The notes beneath the pieces were generated by a model. The model was not told where the DNA came from and searched no databases. It saw only the letters and a program-made list of their open reading frames with translations. From Chrysomallon squamiferum (lineage: Eukaryota > Animalia > Mollusca): DNA of 64,000 nucleotides. Location of the stretch: positions 17,422,001-17,486,000 of the forward strand of contig CM022674.1 in the NCBI GenBank assembly GCA_012295275.1, given 5' to 3'. The position numbers and the translations under genes are program-made. Shown here one piece after another: positions 51,101 to 64,000 of the stretch (its first letter is position 1; every line of letters begins with the position of its first letter).

Positions 51101-51400
51101 TTGCAGCTTCATTAAGTGGAGTTTTTCGCTGACTGTTTACTGCATTGACATCAGCATTTCTCTTTATGAGTAATTTTATCATATCTAAGTCACCACGCTT
51201 AACTGAAATGTGGAGCGGTGTGTCTGAAGTCAAACATATGAAACTATTTTTGACCTCAAATAACAGTAGGAATCCAGTTACCTGTTGAAACAACGGAATC
51301 AATGTCTGATTAACAGCTACCTTCACATTAGGATCAGCTCCTTTATCAAGAAGACACTGAACAACACCTGCACTGTTAAACATCACTGCCACTTTCAGTA
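45190..51400 (-). repeat. Coding tandem array of ankyrin repeats (~25 two-ANK modules of ~200-235 bp)
   Basis: [50 protein letters not shown] repeated with very high DNA identity. Confidence 0.95.
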
Positions 51401-54244
51401 CCTGACTTTTCTTCCAGTTCTCATTTGCATCATTACATCTCTGCTTCAAGAGAAAATTTACTGTATCAGTGACTCCCCATGCTGCTGCTGCTAAAAGTAC
51501 TTTATCTCTGTTCTCATCATTTAAACAATCAGGTTTCAGTTTCACTATTTCTTTTATAACACCAGAATTACTCTGGCAAACAGCAATAATAGGAATGTCT
51601 TTAATTTTGTTTATTATATCAGTGGTAACCAGTTTTTTAAAAAGATGGCTTACATCAACAACTTCAGAAGTCTTTGACTTCCCAAAATCCCATTTTCTTG
51701 AATCAAGTCTTACTTGTCTATGGAACCTAACCAATAACAGTTTAATGGCTTTTTCCCAGATTTCACTGTTGTGTTTCTCATTTTTTATCATTTCAGCTAA
51801 CAAACATGCAATCTGCATATTACCTGAACAAATAGAAACAAGTAAGAGATGTGAATAGTCTTTCAATTTCATCTCAGTTTTACACTGTAACAGTTCTTTG
51901 AGTATGGTAACACTGTCTGTTTCTGAAGATGCAGCTGCAGTCAATGTATCAAATGATGGAATAACACCTGATTTTAGCAAAATTCTGACAACATCTTCAT
52001 CACCAAACAAACAAGAAATATTCAAAAGATCTTTTTTCAGATTTGTTGATTTCATTTTACATACATATTCAGTGAAAAATCTTGACAATGTTCTTAATCC
52101 CTTCACAATACATTCACTTTGAACAGAGGATGAAATTTCAAAATATGTTTCAGTATCCAAGTACGTGTAAAAAGAATGCTGTGAATAACTGTTAAATATT
52201 TCATCAAGATTGTCTACATTTACAGATGATATATACAAATGTTCATGTTTATGTAGTTGTTGATGCAGTATTTCAGACAATTTATCATTGAAGTATTTTT
52301 CCTCTATCAGATACTTGACAAACTCTTCATCTTTCAGTGATGGATGTGAAATAATGTCTTTGGCATTGCTTGATGCCAACAAGTTAGTAAATCTCCGAGC
52401 AAGAACATCAAAGCAGTTAGGTTTTACAATCGTTGTAATGTGACTTTTGTTAGACACTCCAGGCGTCACAACATATTCTAGCAACATGGGGACAGGACAC
52501 ATTTCTAGCAACTCTGCTGCTTTCTTTGGAAACTCTGATGAAAACATCAGAAACAATGAGTCAAACACTGACTGGTGAATAAATGTGTATTTATTGTCAG
52601 AACACTTCAAATAGGTATCTCACACTTCATCAGCTGTTTTCTTTATATCTGTGAGACCAGTGTTTTTCAGACTCAGACAGATTTGCTCTAGCAGTCTTAT
52701 TAATTTCATTATGTGACTGTCAGAGTCATTTTCAAATGGGTCCAGTAAATCAATGCTGATACTGCCTTGTTGGAACAACATCAGCAGTAGAACCAGGTAC
52801 TTTATCTGTGAACCAGGTAATTTATCATTTTTCAAATCTTCCAATTGTTGTCTGAGATATTCTACAGGTTTCACAAAAAACTCAACTCCTCTTTTCTGTG
52901 CATCACTTGAATTAACATAATACACACACACCTGAGGAAATTCTAATTCTGTACATGAACAGGACATGACAGTCTGTTTATCATATTCATCCATTCTAAC
53001 ATTCTTTTGTTCGAGATAATTGTTTATAATTTCTAGCTTCTCATCATAATTCAGACAACATACATCGTTCTGCAGGTCAAGGACATGATTTTCACTGAAC
53101 AGATCAAATTCCTTTAGATTAGCTATAATTCCTGTAAATATTTGTTTTCTTAAAGTAATAATACATCTCACACTCCCATCTTTAACAAGACTCCGCACCT
53201 CTGGAAATAGCTGTTTCCAACACGACACAAAATCTAATACAAGATTAGTTTTACCAAATATGTCATCAATAAGAACAATACATGGTTTATCTTTAGATAC
53301 AGGAATGCATTTGAAATCAGAGTGATGAGTCACGATGTAAGAGTCTATTTTTTCTACTTTCTCTATCTGTTTAACCATGTTCAGACCTAGAGTTGTCTTT
53401 CCTGAACCTGGACATCCTACTACAATCACAACACCATTCTTTTTCAAAAGTGATAGTTCTCTTTCTTCTGCTCTTGTTTCAACATAGACTCTCCAGTCAA
53501 CTGAGTTTAACTGTGACCTGGTAGACTCTATATCACAACATCAAAAGAAATAATATATATTATTAACGTATTTCAAATATATTTTACTATATAAATACAG
53601 ATAATATAATTTTTAACGAGTCATCAGATGTGAAGTTTTTAAAATAAATCAGCAGTTTTTTCGTCATAATTTTAGTTCATCAGAATTTAATTATCATACT
53701 ATGATATCAGTTTTAAATGGTGTAAAAATAACAGTGATTATCTTCTTATAAATTAACATCTTTCAGAAGTAAAAAACAACATGAACAAATACCTTTCATA
53801 TGGGATGTTCGTCCATCAGTCTTTGCTGAAATAATACAAAAATAAAAGAAACGAGTTTATATTACTGTTGATGAGTAGAAGATAATTATTAATGTGAACT
53901 GTACAGTTACTCTGTATTCCATTCATGGAACAGTCAACATATAACATTATTGTTATATCTTTGTGATTTATTTTTCTATCATTATTACTACTGGTATTAA
54001 AACTACTGCTGTTGTTTGTTCTCATTACCATTATTTAGTTATTTTTATTGTTAATTTATAATCATTATTATTATTCTTTTATACACACATATATGTACAT
54101 TTACATACATATATACATACATACATATATATATGTGTGTGTGTATATATATACACACATATATATACATATATATATACACACAAATATATACACATAT
54201 ATATACACATATATATATATATATACACATATATATACACATAC

Positions 54245-54293
<49 letters not shown>

Positions 54294-57200
54294 CATTACC
54301 ATCTCAGTGTACATGTACTTCTTAATTCTATGATATAAAATTCCTGAATGTTTCGGCAAATTATTGATTAGGTATTCTATTGCAGTGCTACTTATGAATG
54401 TTTACAGTTTTTCTTAGCAAATGTGTTTGTGATGACATGGTGACATCAACATTAGAAACTGCTACAACATCAAAGTACATGCATGATACATTGGAAAGTA
54501 TATTGTATGTGAATGCCAAATACATTCATATCTCAGAATTTGGACTCGTCTCCTTTAGCGAAAGTGGGTCACATGTGTGGATGTTGTTCATTGAACAGTG
54601 TCTGCGAAAAAAGCACTAATCGGTATTCTCTTATATATTAATCATGTACAGAAAAGAACACTTTCAGTTTTCAACTTACTAATTAACTTGTTTTCAGCTC
54701 CTATTTGAACATTTCCACAGTGATGTATGTTTACTGTTGGTTTTACAAGTTGTATTATTTGAGTATCTGTGAAACAGAGTAAATACATTTTTAAGGACAG
54801 AAGACAGTATTAATACAGTAAATTAAACGTATTATTGCATATAACAATATATCATTTAAAATATTTAGTAACTAATTATGTGCAGGTTCTATGAAATAAA
54901 TATTACTTTAAAGTATTAAAATGTTTAACAGTAAATACAAGATTAATTATAAAGGTCATGATGAAGTAACAAAACAGTAACTAGAGTGTATTTTGCTTTA
55001 CTGTTTTAATCTGTGAAACAAAACGGGCATAACAAACTATAAACTTAATTCATTATCAGTATAACTTTCAAAAGTGTCAGTTTACTAATGCCTAAGATGT
55101 AACTAAACAATACATTCAAACACTGTATTGATACAATTGTAATATGTACTTTTGTCAGTTTAGAATTTACCATCAATAAACAATACAATATACTGAAATA
55201 TTCTATTATTACAAATATAAAAATAATGTTGATTCTTTATAATTTCGTATTAAAAAAGTAAACAGTACATTGAAATACTGTGTGTATTACCACGACTGCT
55301 TGACACAGGTAGTTGTAAATGATGTTCTATACGAGTGATGTCAAAGGAAGACTGAGATGTGATGCCAGAGAGAAATACACTTGTCACATTGTCTAAGAGA
55401 GACACAGCTGTCACAGTATCTACAGAAGAAATAGCTGTCACAGTCTCTACAGAAGACACAGCTGTCACAGTGGACGAAATAACTGATATGTTAGGAGAAA
55501 CTTCTGAACTCTCATTTTTATCATCCATATTGGCTGAGCTGTAAAAAATAATATAATGATATTTTTTATATAGGAGGAAGAAATGAAATGTTTTATTTAC
55601 TTATTTTATTTACTGTTACATGTTGTGAGACAAAAGATTTAGGAACAGTCAGACAACAAAAGAAGAAACCCGCTGCAGTCGCTTCTGTCTTATAAACAAC
55701 AAGTGATGTTTTATTTATACCTACCCACAGACAGTATATACTATTTCATACATCAGGTTTTGAGCACTGCTAAAATGAAAACAACACAAGATTCCATCAG
55801 CAGGCATTGATCAAAATATCTACTACATCTTGCACACTTTACTACAGACCTACATCTAGTACCTTGTATTAATACTAGCACTGACTCATAGACTGTATTC
55901 TCAATTTGGTTCTATAAATAAATCCCTGGTACATTTTTTAAATTACAAGACTTAGATAAATATTATACATTTTTAAATAGAGCTGTTATTTGGAGGTACT
56001 CAGGAAAACACTATTTCAAAATACTGTTATCTAAAAGCAAAGTTCTAATTAATTAGTCTTACCTCACTTTGGATTTGTCCTTTTCCATCTTTTTAGGGGG
56101 TGGTGATGGGCTGACTGGGGCCGGTTCTGGCTCTGGGTTCCTGTGTTTCTCTGCTTTGTCGAGTAGACGTAGTCAAACTGAAACACACAGATTTACTAGT
56201 GCTATTCCAATTTTTTATAAACATTACAAATATACATGACAAAAATCAACAGAACAGATGTGAGAAATCACTGTAAATGATAAAACCAGTGCACTTTAAC
56301 AAAAGTCCATGAAAATTACTACTTTCCCATTAAACTGATTAATTTATCGTTAATGATATCAACTTTCCATTTGGTGCATTTTTTCAAACTGAAAACACAT
56401 ACCAACATCAGTCTGCATACAGCAGGGCTGGTATTACCTATTCAGATTGCGATCTACTTTTAAAATTATCTGGTCAAAATGATCTACCTGTACTCAAAAA
56501 TGCTAAATACTTTTATTTAAACAGGCATCGAAAAAAGTTGAAAACGCTCGTTCAGGTTACCGGGAGGTTACCACGTATCAATAATCTTTCAATGAATTGG
56601 TAATTTCTTTTCTGAAACATTTTGCGGAAAACATCGTGGCGATTCGTTCCGGAATTCTGTTGTTTTTATTGTTTTTTGTTTTGTTTTTTCACATATCATG
56701 TGAAAACAGGGAGCCTTCACGACTTGGCAAAAATGAAATGTAAGCAAAACAAATTCAGCTTCTGATAGTATGTAAGTAAATCGTAACGTTACATGTTCTA
56801 ATTCCATTGGAAAATTATTTTAAAAACCCAGGAAAGAACAATATAAGAATCATTGCAAAACAGCATTGTGGTTGGATATGCAGGAGAGACCAAAATTTGA
56901 ATACCAGTCCCTGATTGCCTTACTGAAGAAGAATGGGGTGCTGTTTTTAAGTGGCAAGGACAATGACAGAATGTGCCAACTTTATGTCAGTTGAACAAGA
57001 TAGCACAGAAGCTTGCAAAACTAGAGAAGAAAAATAAATAATTTGTGTGAAGATTGTAGTGAGGGGCCACCCTGTTAAACTATTATTTAAATGTCAAAAA
57101 ATGATTACTTTCGGTGGAGTAATTGCAGACAGTATCAAACATACTATAGATGATGATTTCCATGATTTGACATTACTGGTGAAAAATACACAAAATGACT

Positions 57201-58897
57201 TGTGTTTGTGCAGTTGGAAAACTGATTGGTGCTCTAACTGTAATGAAAACTGAAGGCAGAGAATGGTTGCTAATAATCCATTGCTCGGCACCAAATTGAA
57301 CTGGCTGTCCAAGATGCATTCGCTGAAATTGGCGACTTTGCAAAAGTGGATGACATGGTTTTGAATCTGTTTACATTTTTCAAGAATAGTGGCAAATGTT
57401 GGAGAATATTGCTACTTGTTGCAGAATGCTTAGCGGTTCTAGTCCAACGTATACCAAACGCTCTGGTACACGATTTCAAATTCATAAATACAGGGCCATC
57501 AAATCTATGATCATAAACTTTCTGCCTCCAATTTTATTTGCGGAAAATATGATAAAGGCTTGAAGCAAAGTTTGCAAACCAGGCCAGAAGGCTACACTAG
57601 AGGCGTTCTTTAACACATGGCTGAGTTATAGGTATGTGGCTTCTATGCATCTCTACAGACTCACTCTGAAACAAACTGCCCATTTGTCACATGCTGCTCA
57701 GAATGCAACTCCATTAACCACAGATGTTATTGAAACAATAAAATCAACTGTAGATGAACTCAGTACACTTGCTGCTGATGATAGTGATCTGCCATTTCCA
57801 GTTATTCTGAACGAAGATGATCACGAGGCAACCATTACAGCAGAGGCTAACAACCTTACAGCAAGTGTAAGATTGAAACAAGACAATCAGTTGAGTAACA
57901 AGCAAAAACACAAAACTGAAAAAGTTGTTACTACAATAAAAAAAGGTTTGTTCTGAATCATGTTCACCAGGGACGAGAGACTGTGAAACATATAAGAACA
58001 AAACTTATCCCAGCAATTTTAACACAGCTGATTAAATGAATGGATTCTTTCAATGAGCCTGTCTTTAAGACAATGAAAATAGCTGATCACACCCAGTGGG
58101 ATATATCTGATCCAAAATATGGATGGGAACAAATTAAACTTATCTAAACATTTTGCTGAATGCCTTGCTTACCATAACTTTGCCCTAGATATGGTTGTTG
58201 CTGAATGGAGGGGTTTAAAGAAACTTGTCGCAAACAAATTCATTCACTTCCAAAATAAAAAAGGCAAGTGGTTTCAAATATTCAGATATCACCACTCTGA
58301 ATATCCACACATTCTTCTTGTCATTGAAATCATCCTGGCGGTTGCACTTGCTAGTGCAAGTGTTGAGAGAGACATAAGCGCTCTGAATCGGCAGTTGGAA
58401 AACACCAGGTTGAGCATGTCCAATTGTACACTCGATGATTTGCTGGTGATTAGAGTTAACCTGCCTGCACTTATAAGCTGTGGCACCTTCGTATAAATAA
58501 AAACTTACAGACAACGCTGTTTCCTAGTATATAGATGATAAAACACGAAGAGAAAGAACAGCATCTTGTACAATAGACAACCTGACTGTAGACTCATTGT
58601 CAGACTCAAAAGACACCTGTGCCCTCTTCAGATGTAATAAAAATAACCTGCAATGAACTAATGTGTGTAGAGGAGTTTCTTGCTACAACATCAGATTCAG
58701 AGGACTTGAATAATGCTCGAAGTGAAACAGTTGATACTTCAGACACTGATGACAGTGTCATCTCGAAATGCTAACTGAAACAAAGTTCATCATTGAGATT
58801 CTTATATCAGTATCGTTTGATCAGTTTAGTAAAACAATAAAAACAACACAAATTGTCATAATTTGTTTTATTGTATTGTTTAGTTATTAAATGCAGT

Positions 58898-58932
<35 letters not shown>

Positions 58933-60128
58933 GTATTAATACAATGAGAACAGTGATGTGGATAAATTACAAATATATTATACTGTTCACCATGCATGTA
59001 TGTTAGGGATTTCACAACAATAATAATGGGAATCGTAAACTTGATAAACTTACCACAAAACAGGTCCTGGTATAGGTTACCAGGTCCTGTTTTGTGGTAA
59101 GTTCTAAATGGGTTGGTTACTAGACACGATCCTTATTTCGATGCCTGTTTAAAGATCTACTGAATATAATTATGTATAAATTATATGTTGGCGCACTTTG
59201 CATCACTGCATGAATCGTTACAGCCCAATACAACTGAATATGTTTATGGTCACTTTTATGACTAGCAGTGAATGCTGTGTGATCTACCCGCATTACACTG
59301 GCGATCGACTAGTCGATCACGATCGAAGTATTGGGCACCTATGGCTTACAGAATGAAAAGTCATATGGAAAAAAGCTAAAATAAATCTCCTATATTTTTA
59401 AAAATAGTGTTTGACCATGTTATTTAGAAATACTCAGGAAAGCACAATTTCACAACACTGTTACCTAAAAACACAATTCTAATTGATTAATTTTACCTCA
59501 TTTTGGATTTGTTCTTTTTCATCTTTTTAGGGGGTAGTGATGGGCTGATTGGGGCAGGTTCTGGCTCTGGGTGCCTGTGTTTCTCAGCTGTTCTGCTGCT
59601 TCGTCGAGTAGACATAGTCAACCTGAAACACACAGATTTACTAGTGCTATTCCACATTATCCTAAACATTACAAACATACATGAAAAATCAACAGAACAG
59701 TCGTCAGAAAACACAGTAAATTACTAAACCAGTGCACTCTAACAAAACTCCATGAAAATTACTGCATTGCAATTAAATTGATTAATTTATGTTTCATGAT
59801 ATCAACTTTCCATGTAGGTCATTTTTCAAACTGAAAACACATACCAACACCGCTCTGCATACAAAATGGAAAATCATATAAAAAAGGCTTAAATAAATAT
59901 CCTAGTATTTTAAACAGAAGTGTTTGAACATGTTATTTAGAAATACTCAGGGAAACACAATTTCACAATACTGTTAGGTAAAAATGTAGTTCTAATTAGT
60001 TAGTCTTACCTCGTTTTGGATTTGTTCTCTTCCATCTTTTTAGGGGTTGGTGATGGGCTGACTGGGGCAGGTTCTGGCTCTGGGTTCCTGTGTTTCTCAG
60101 CTATTCTGCTGCTTTGTCGAGTAGACAT
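45190..60128 (-). CDS. NLR-like protein: RHIM-like motif + nSTAND3-type P-loop NTPase + >50 ankyrin repeats (interrupted in this assembly)
   Basis: Spliced model: exon A (59615-59497 or 60128-60010; MSTR...PEPEPAP...PKK, phase 2), 55538-55291 (S/T-rich), 54766-54680 (RHIM), 53825-53793, 53527-45190. All junctions are GT-AG and phase-compatible. Interrupted by a TGA at 52620-52622, a garbled segment at 46850-47050, and frameshifts at ~46620-46660 and ~45795. Confidence 0.8.
52620..53527 (-). CDS. STAND-class (nSTAND3-like) NTPase domain
   Basis: YVETRA, Walker [15 protein letters not shown], Walker [11 protein letters not shown], sensor CIITLR, then [10 protein letters not shown] and the GFP-equivalent EFPQVC. 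Confidence 0.85.
54680..54766 (-). CDS. 87-nt phase 1-1 exon encoding a RHIM-like motif
   Basis: tgtttcacag|AT ACT CAA ATA...ATT A|gtaagt translates [29 protein letters not shown]. It has the (I/V)Q(I/V/L)G core, an upstream Ile and a downstream Asn. Confidence 0.75.
56423..59343. mobile_element. Non-autonomous hAT-type MITE (outer element) with 8-bp TSD, split by a nested insertion
   Basis: Ends CAGGG...(56423) and ...GGGCACCTATG (59343). Flanks GCATACAG / GCTTACAG match at 7 of 8 positions. The empty site is visible at ~59857-59875. Confidence 0.7.
56522..59147 (+). mobile_element. Decayed hAT-superfamily (ZNF862-like transposase) DNA transposon, copy 1
   Basis: TIRs CAGGCATCGAAA / TTTCGATGCCTG, flanked by TTTAAA on both sides. 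Remnants [22 protein letters not shown] and the C-terminal dimerisation motif [30 protein letters not shown]. Confidence 0.85.
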
Positions 60129-60379
60129 AGTCAACCTGAAACACACAGATTTACTAGTTCTATTCCAATTTTATCTAAACTTTACAAATAAATATGACAA
60201 AAATCAACAGAACAGTTGTCAGAAATCACTGTAAATGACTAAACCAGTGCACTGTAACAAAAGTCCATAAAAATTACTGCATTGCCATTAAATTGATTAA
60301 TTTAGGTTTCATGATATCAACTTTCCATTTAGTGCATTTTTCAAACTGAAAACACATACCACCATCAGTCTGCATACAG

Positions 60380-62630
60380 CAGGGGTGCTCACACCTTTTC
60401 AGCTTGCGAGCTACTTTTGAAATAACCTGGTCAAAATGATCTTCCTGTATTAAAAAATACTAAATACTTTTATATAAACAGGCATCGAAATAAATTGAGT
60501 ACGCTCGTTCAGGTCACCGGGAGGTTACCACGTATCAATAATCCTTCAATGAATGGCTAATTTCTTCTCTGAAACTTTTGGCGAAAAACATCGTGGCGAT
60601 TGATTCCGGAATTATGTTGTTGTTTTTATTTTTATTTTTCTCGTATCAAATTCCACCAAAGTTAGCGCCCAGTGATTTTTAATGCTTCCATTTTTTAGAT
60701 GCATCCACGGTGTGACGTCACATGTTTAGTGAACGTCAGTCCATTGTGTGACGTTACTTAGTTTGCAACAGTACTGAATTTAAACGTAGCATTATTTGAA
60801 GACACCAGTAAAGAACAATATAAGAATCATTGCAATACACATTGTGGTTGGTTAAGCAGGAGAGACCTATATCTGACTACCGGTCTATTCCGTTACTGAA
60901 GAAGAATGTGGTGCAGTTTGTAAGTGGGAAGGACAATGACCAATCATGTTTGGGATTTTGTTCACTTTTTTGCCCAAGCAATGAGAGATGATATCAAACA
61001 GATAGTACAATGTGCCAACTTTATGTCAGCTGAACAAGATAGCACAGAAGCTCGCAAAACTAGTGACGAAAAATAATAAATTTATGTGAAGATTGTAGTG
61101 AGGGACCAGCCTGTTAAACTATTACTTAAATGTCAAAAAATGATTAATTTCGGTGGAGTAACTTCAGACAGAATCAAACATGCTATAGATGATGATTTCC
61201 ATGATTTGACATTACTGGTGAAAAAGACAAAAAAATCTTATTTGTCCTTGTGCAGATAGATCAAAAGTTAATGTTGGTAAACTGATTGGTGCTCTAACTG
61301 TAATGAAAACTGAAGGCAGTGAATGGTTGCTAATAATTCATTGCTCAGCACTCAGAATTGAAGCGGCGGTCAAAGATGCATTTGCTGAAATTGGTGACTT
61401 TGCAAAAGTGGATGACATGATGTTGAATCAAGAATAGTGGCAAGTGTAGGAGAATATTGCTACTTATTGCACGGCGATTATCGGTTCCTGTCCAACGTAT
61501 ACCAAAAGTTGGTGGTACACGATTTCAAATTCATAAATACAGGACCATCAAATCTATGATCATAAACTTTCTGCCTCTATGTTTATTTGCGGTAAACATG
61601 ATACAGGCTTCAAATAATGTTTTCAAAGCAGACCAAAACGCTACACTAAAGGCGTTCCTTAACACATGGCTGAGCTATAGGTATCTGGCATCTATGCATG
61701 TCTACAGACTCACTCTGAAACAAACTGCCCATTTGTCACATGCTGTTCAGAATGCAACTCTATTAATCACAGATGTTATTGACACAATAAAGTCAACTGA
61801 GGATGAACTCAGTACACTTGCTGCTGATGATAGTGTTCTGCCATTTCCAGTTACTCTGAACAAAGATGGTCACAAGACAACCATTACAACAGAGGCTACC
61901 AACCTTACAGCATGTGTAAGATTCAAACAAGACAATCAGTTGAGTATCAAGCAAAAAACAACAAACTGAAAAATGTGTTACTACAATAAAAAGAAGTTTG
62001 TTCTCAACCTTTTTCACCAGGGACGAGAGACTGTGAAACATGTAAGAACAAAACTTATCCCAGCAATTCTAAAACAGCTGATTAAATGAATGGATTCTTT
62101 CAATGAGCCTGTCTTCAAGACAATGAAAATAGCTGATCACACTCAGTGGGATATATCTGATCCAAATTAAGCCTTGGAACAAATACAACTTATCTAACCG
62201 TTTTGCTGAAAGCCTAGCTTACCACAACTTTGCTATAGATATGGTTGTTGCTGAATGGAGGGGTTTAAAGGAACTTGTGGTAGACAAATTCGTCCAGTTC
62301 CAAAGTAAACAAGGGAAGTGGTGTCAAATATTCAGACATCATCACTCTGAATATCCACACATTCTTTTCATCATTTAAATCACCTTGGCTGTTGCACTTG
62401 CTATTGCAAGTGTTGAGGGGCACAAGCGCACTCAATCGGCAGTTGACAAATACCAGGTTGAACATGTCCAATTCTACACTGGATGATTTGCTGGTGATTA
62501 GAGTTAACCTGCCTGCAGTTATAAGCTGTGACCCTTCATATGAACAAAAACTTACAGACAATGCTGTTTCCCAGTATACAGATGACTAAAAAAACAAAGA
62601 AAAAGACCAGCATCTTGTACAATAGACAAT
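60380..62630 (+). mobile_element. Second, 3'-truncated copy of the nested MITE + hAT element
   Basis: Outer TIR CAGGGGTGCTCA at 60380 after the same GCATACAG site; inner TIR at 60479. Colinear with 56423-58580 but with different indels. Confidence 0.85.
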
Positions 62631-64000
62631 CCGATTCTGTTCAGTAAGTCCTGTTACTTCATTTTTGAAATGTAGATAGATAAATAAATAAATAGCAACA
62701 AAGGAAACATTGGTTAACTAAGGTAAAAATTAATTTTATTTATTATTAGCTATTTCTGGTATCAGAGACAGATGTGAAATTTGCTTATTGAAGTCAGTGT
62801 AGGTTATTTTATGTAAAGATTGAAAACTGTTAAAGAAATAATTATAACTAACAAACTACAAGACGAATGAAAAGTTACTTTTTAATAAAACCTGGACCTA
62901 GCCCAAGAATGGCTTTGACAACTAAAGTTTTATCAGTCTTGTACTGTACTTTGCACACTTATAACATTAAATTTTAATGTAACTAATTTAAACAAACAGA
63001 ACATTTACTTACTAACAATTCAGTTTAACCCATCTTTAGACATTAGCTGCTGTATGTTAAACCAGTTGTCTGTAACTGACCATACAACTCTTCTGTCCTG
63101 TCAATAGAACAATACAAAACTTACATACTGATTTACCCTGCTTCATAAAATAACATTGTCAAGTAAAACTTTATTTTATTATTATTATTATTACTATTGT
63201 AATGAAAGAACTTCTGTCATTTGACAAAAATATTAATAAAAAAGTAAAAACATGTATAAAAAAGAAGAATTAAGCACCAAGAGGAACAAAATACTAAAAA
63301 ACTAAAATTAAAAATAAATCTGTTATAACTGCCATTTTTTCCAAAATCAGTATAAAAAATCATTAACACACTTGAAACTGATGCTTAAAATAAAATTGTA
63401 TTTATTTATTTATTTATTTATTATCAATGTACATGGAACTGGTTAATTTACAAAATAAAATGTTATGAACCAAATCTAGTACAGTAAAAAGTCATACTTT
63501 AAAAAAAAATAGTTCAGCTCTATTTACTAGCGTATTTGTAATATACCAGATTTGTTTAAGTCACATGATAGTTTTATCTGTACACAGGTTATTGAGATAG
63601 CATGTCTACCTGTATTCTGACTGAAAACATTAGATGATTCCACAAGTTTGACATCTGAAAGTGGATGTATAACCTTGTCATAGCTGAACATGGTGAAAAC
63701 AAACATTCTTAATAACTTGAGTGAATATCTGCTCTCATTTGAGGACATACATTTAAGATTAACCACATATATAGAGATGAATTCTCTTTTATAAATAATT
63801 TACTGAATTACTCATCACCTCCATTATCTGTTGTTTAACACTCACTGCACAATTACCTATGTACATCGATATATTACGCTCAAAGCAATTACTTATTTAT
63901 AATTCAATGTATCCCATCTTTAGATTCTTGTAATTGTATGTTAAAGCAGTTGTTGTAACTGATGATATAACTTTACAGTCTTGCCAGCAGAATAAAACAA

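Larger units (their letters stand above)
55975..60379 (-). repeat. Three tandem copies of a ~510 bp unit containing the first coding exon of the STAND-ANK gene
   Basis: Exon copies at 56063-56177, 59497-59622 and 60010-60135 share flanking intron sequence. Copies 2 and 3 are 513 bp apart; copy 1 is separated by the transposon. Confidence 0.9.

Noticed and set aside
52620-52622. Selenocysteine interpretation of the in-frame TGA
   Set aside because: No redox motif context and no SECIS element recognised by eye. A nonsense change or error is more parsimonious.
54389-54601. Possible extra exon between the RHIM exon and the microexon
   Set aside because: An acceptor-like site is present, but the phase-compatible frame hits a stop immediately. 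The model is in frame without it.
63527-63766. 79-aa minus-strand ORF upstream of the STAND-ANK gene
   Set aside because: No recognisable domain, and it cannot be linked by splicing with confidence.

Overview
AT-rich, microsatellite-laden animal DNA with spliceosomal introns. A mollusc is likely (inferred from TTAGGG tracts and from PAN-FReD and nSTAND3-ankyrin gene types). From left to right: exon 1 of a secreted PAN/apple-domain gene; a damaged PAN + YWTD-like propeller gene; a TTAGGG-containing satellite; a WWE-PARP (PARP11/12-like, H-Y-I) gene with repeat-rich ends; a MULE remnant; a 13-exon tyrosine decarboxylase (Tdc) gene; a decayed Gypsy element; a GPR153/162-like GPCR pseudogene; a PAN-fibrinogen pseudogene; Tc1, Ulp1-bearing and LINE remnants; a very large minus-strand NLR-like gene; and two copies of a nested hAT transposon. 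The NLR-like gene is the highlight. Manual splicing joins a small exon carrying a RHIM-type amyloid motif ([17 protein letters not shown]), which the ORF track misses, in frame to an nSTAND3-type P-loop NTPase. About 25 near-identical two-ankyrin modules follow, each with one hypervariable loop. This resembles the fungal and bacterial NLR-amyloid signalling design. The gene has one in-frame TGA, several probable assembly frameshifts, and three tandem copies of its first coding exon. All family assignments come from motif recognition by eye; no database searches were run.
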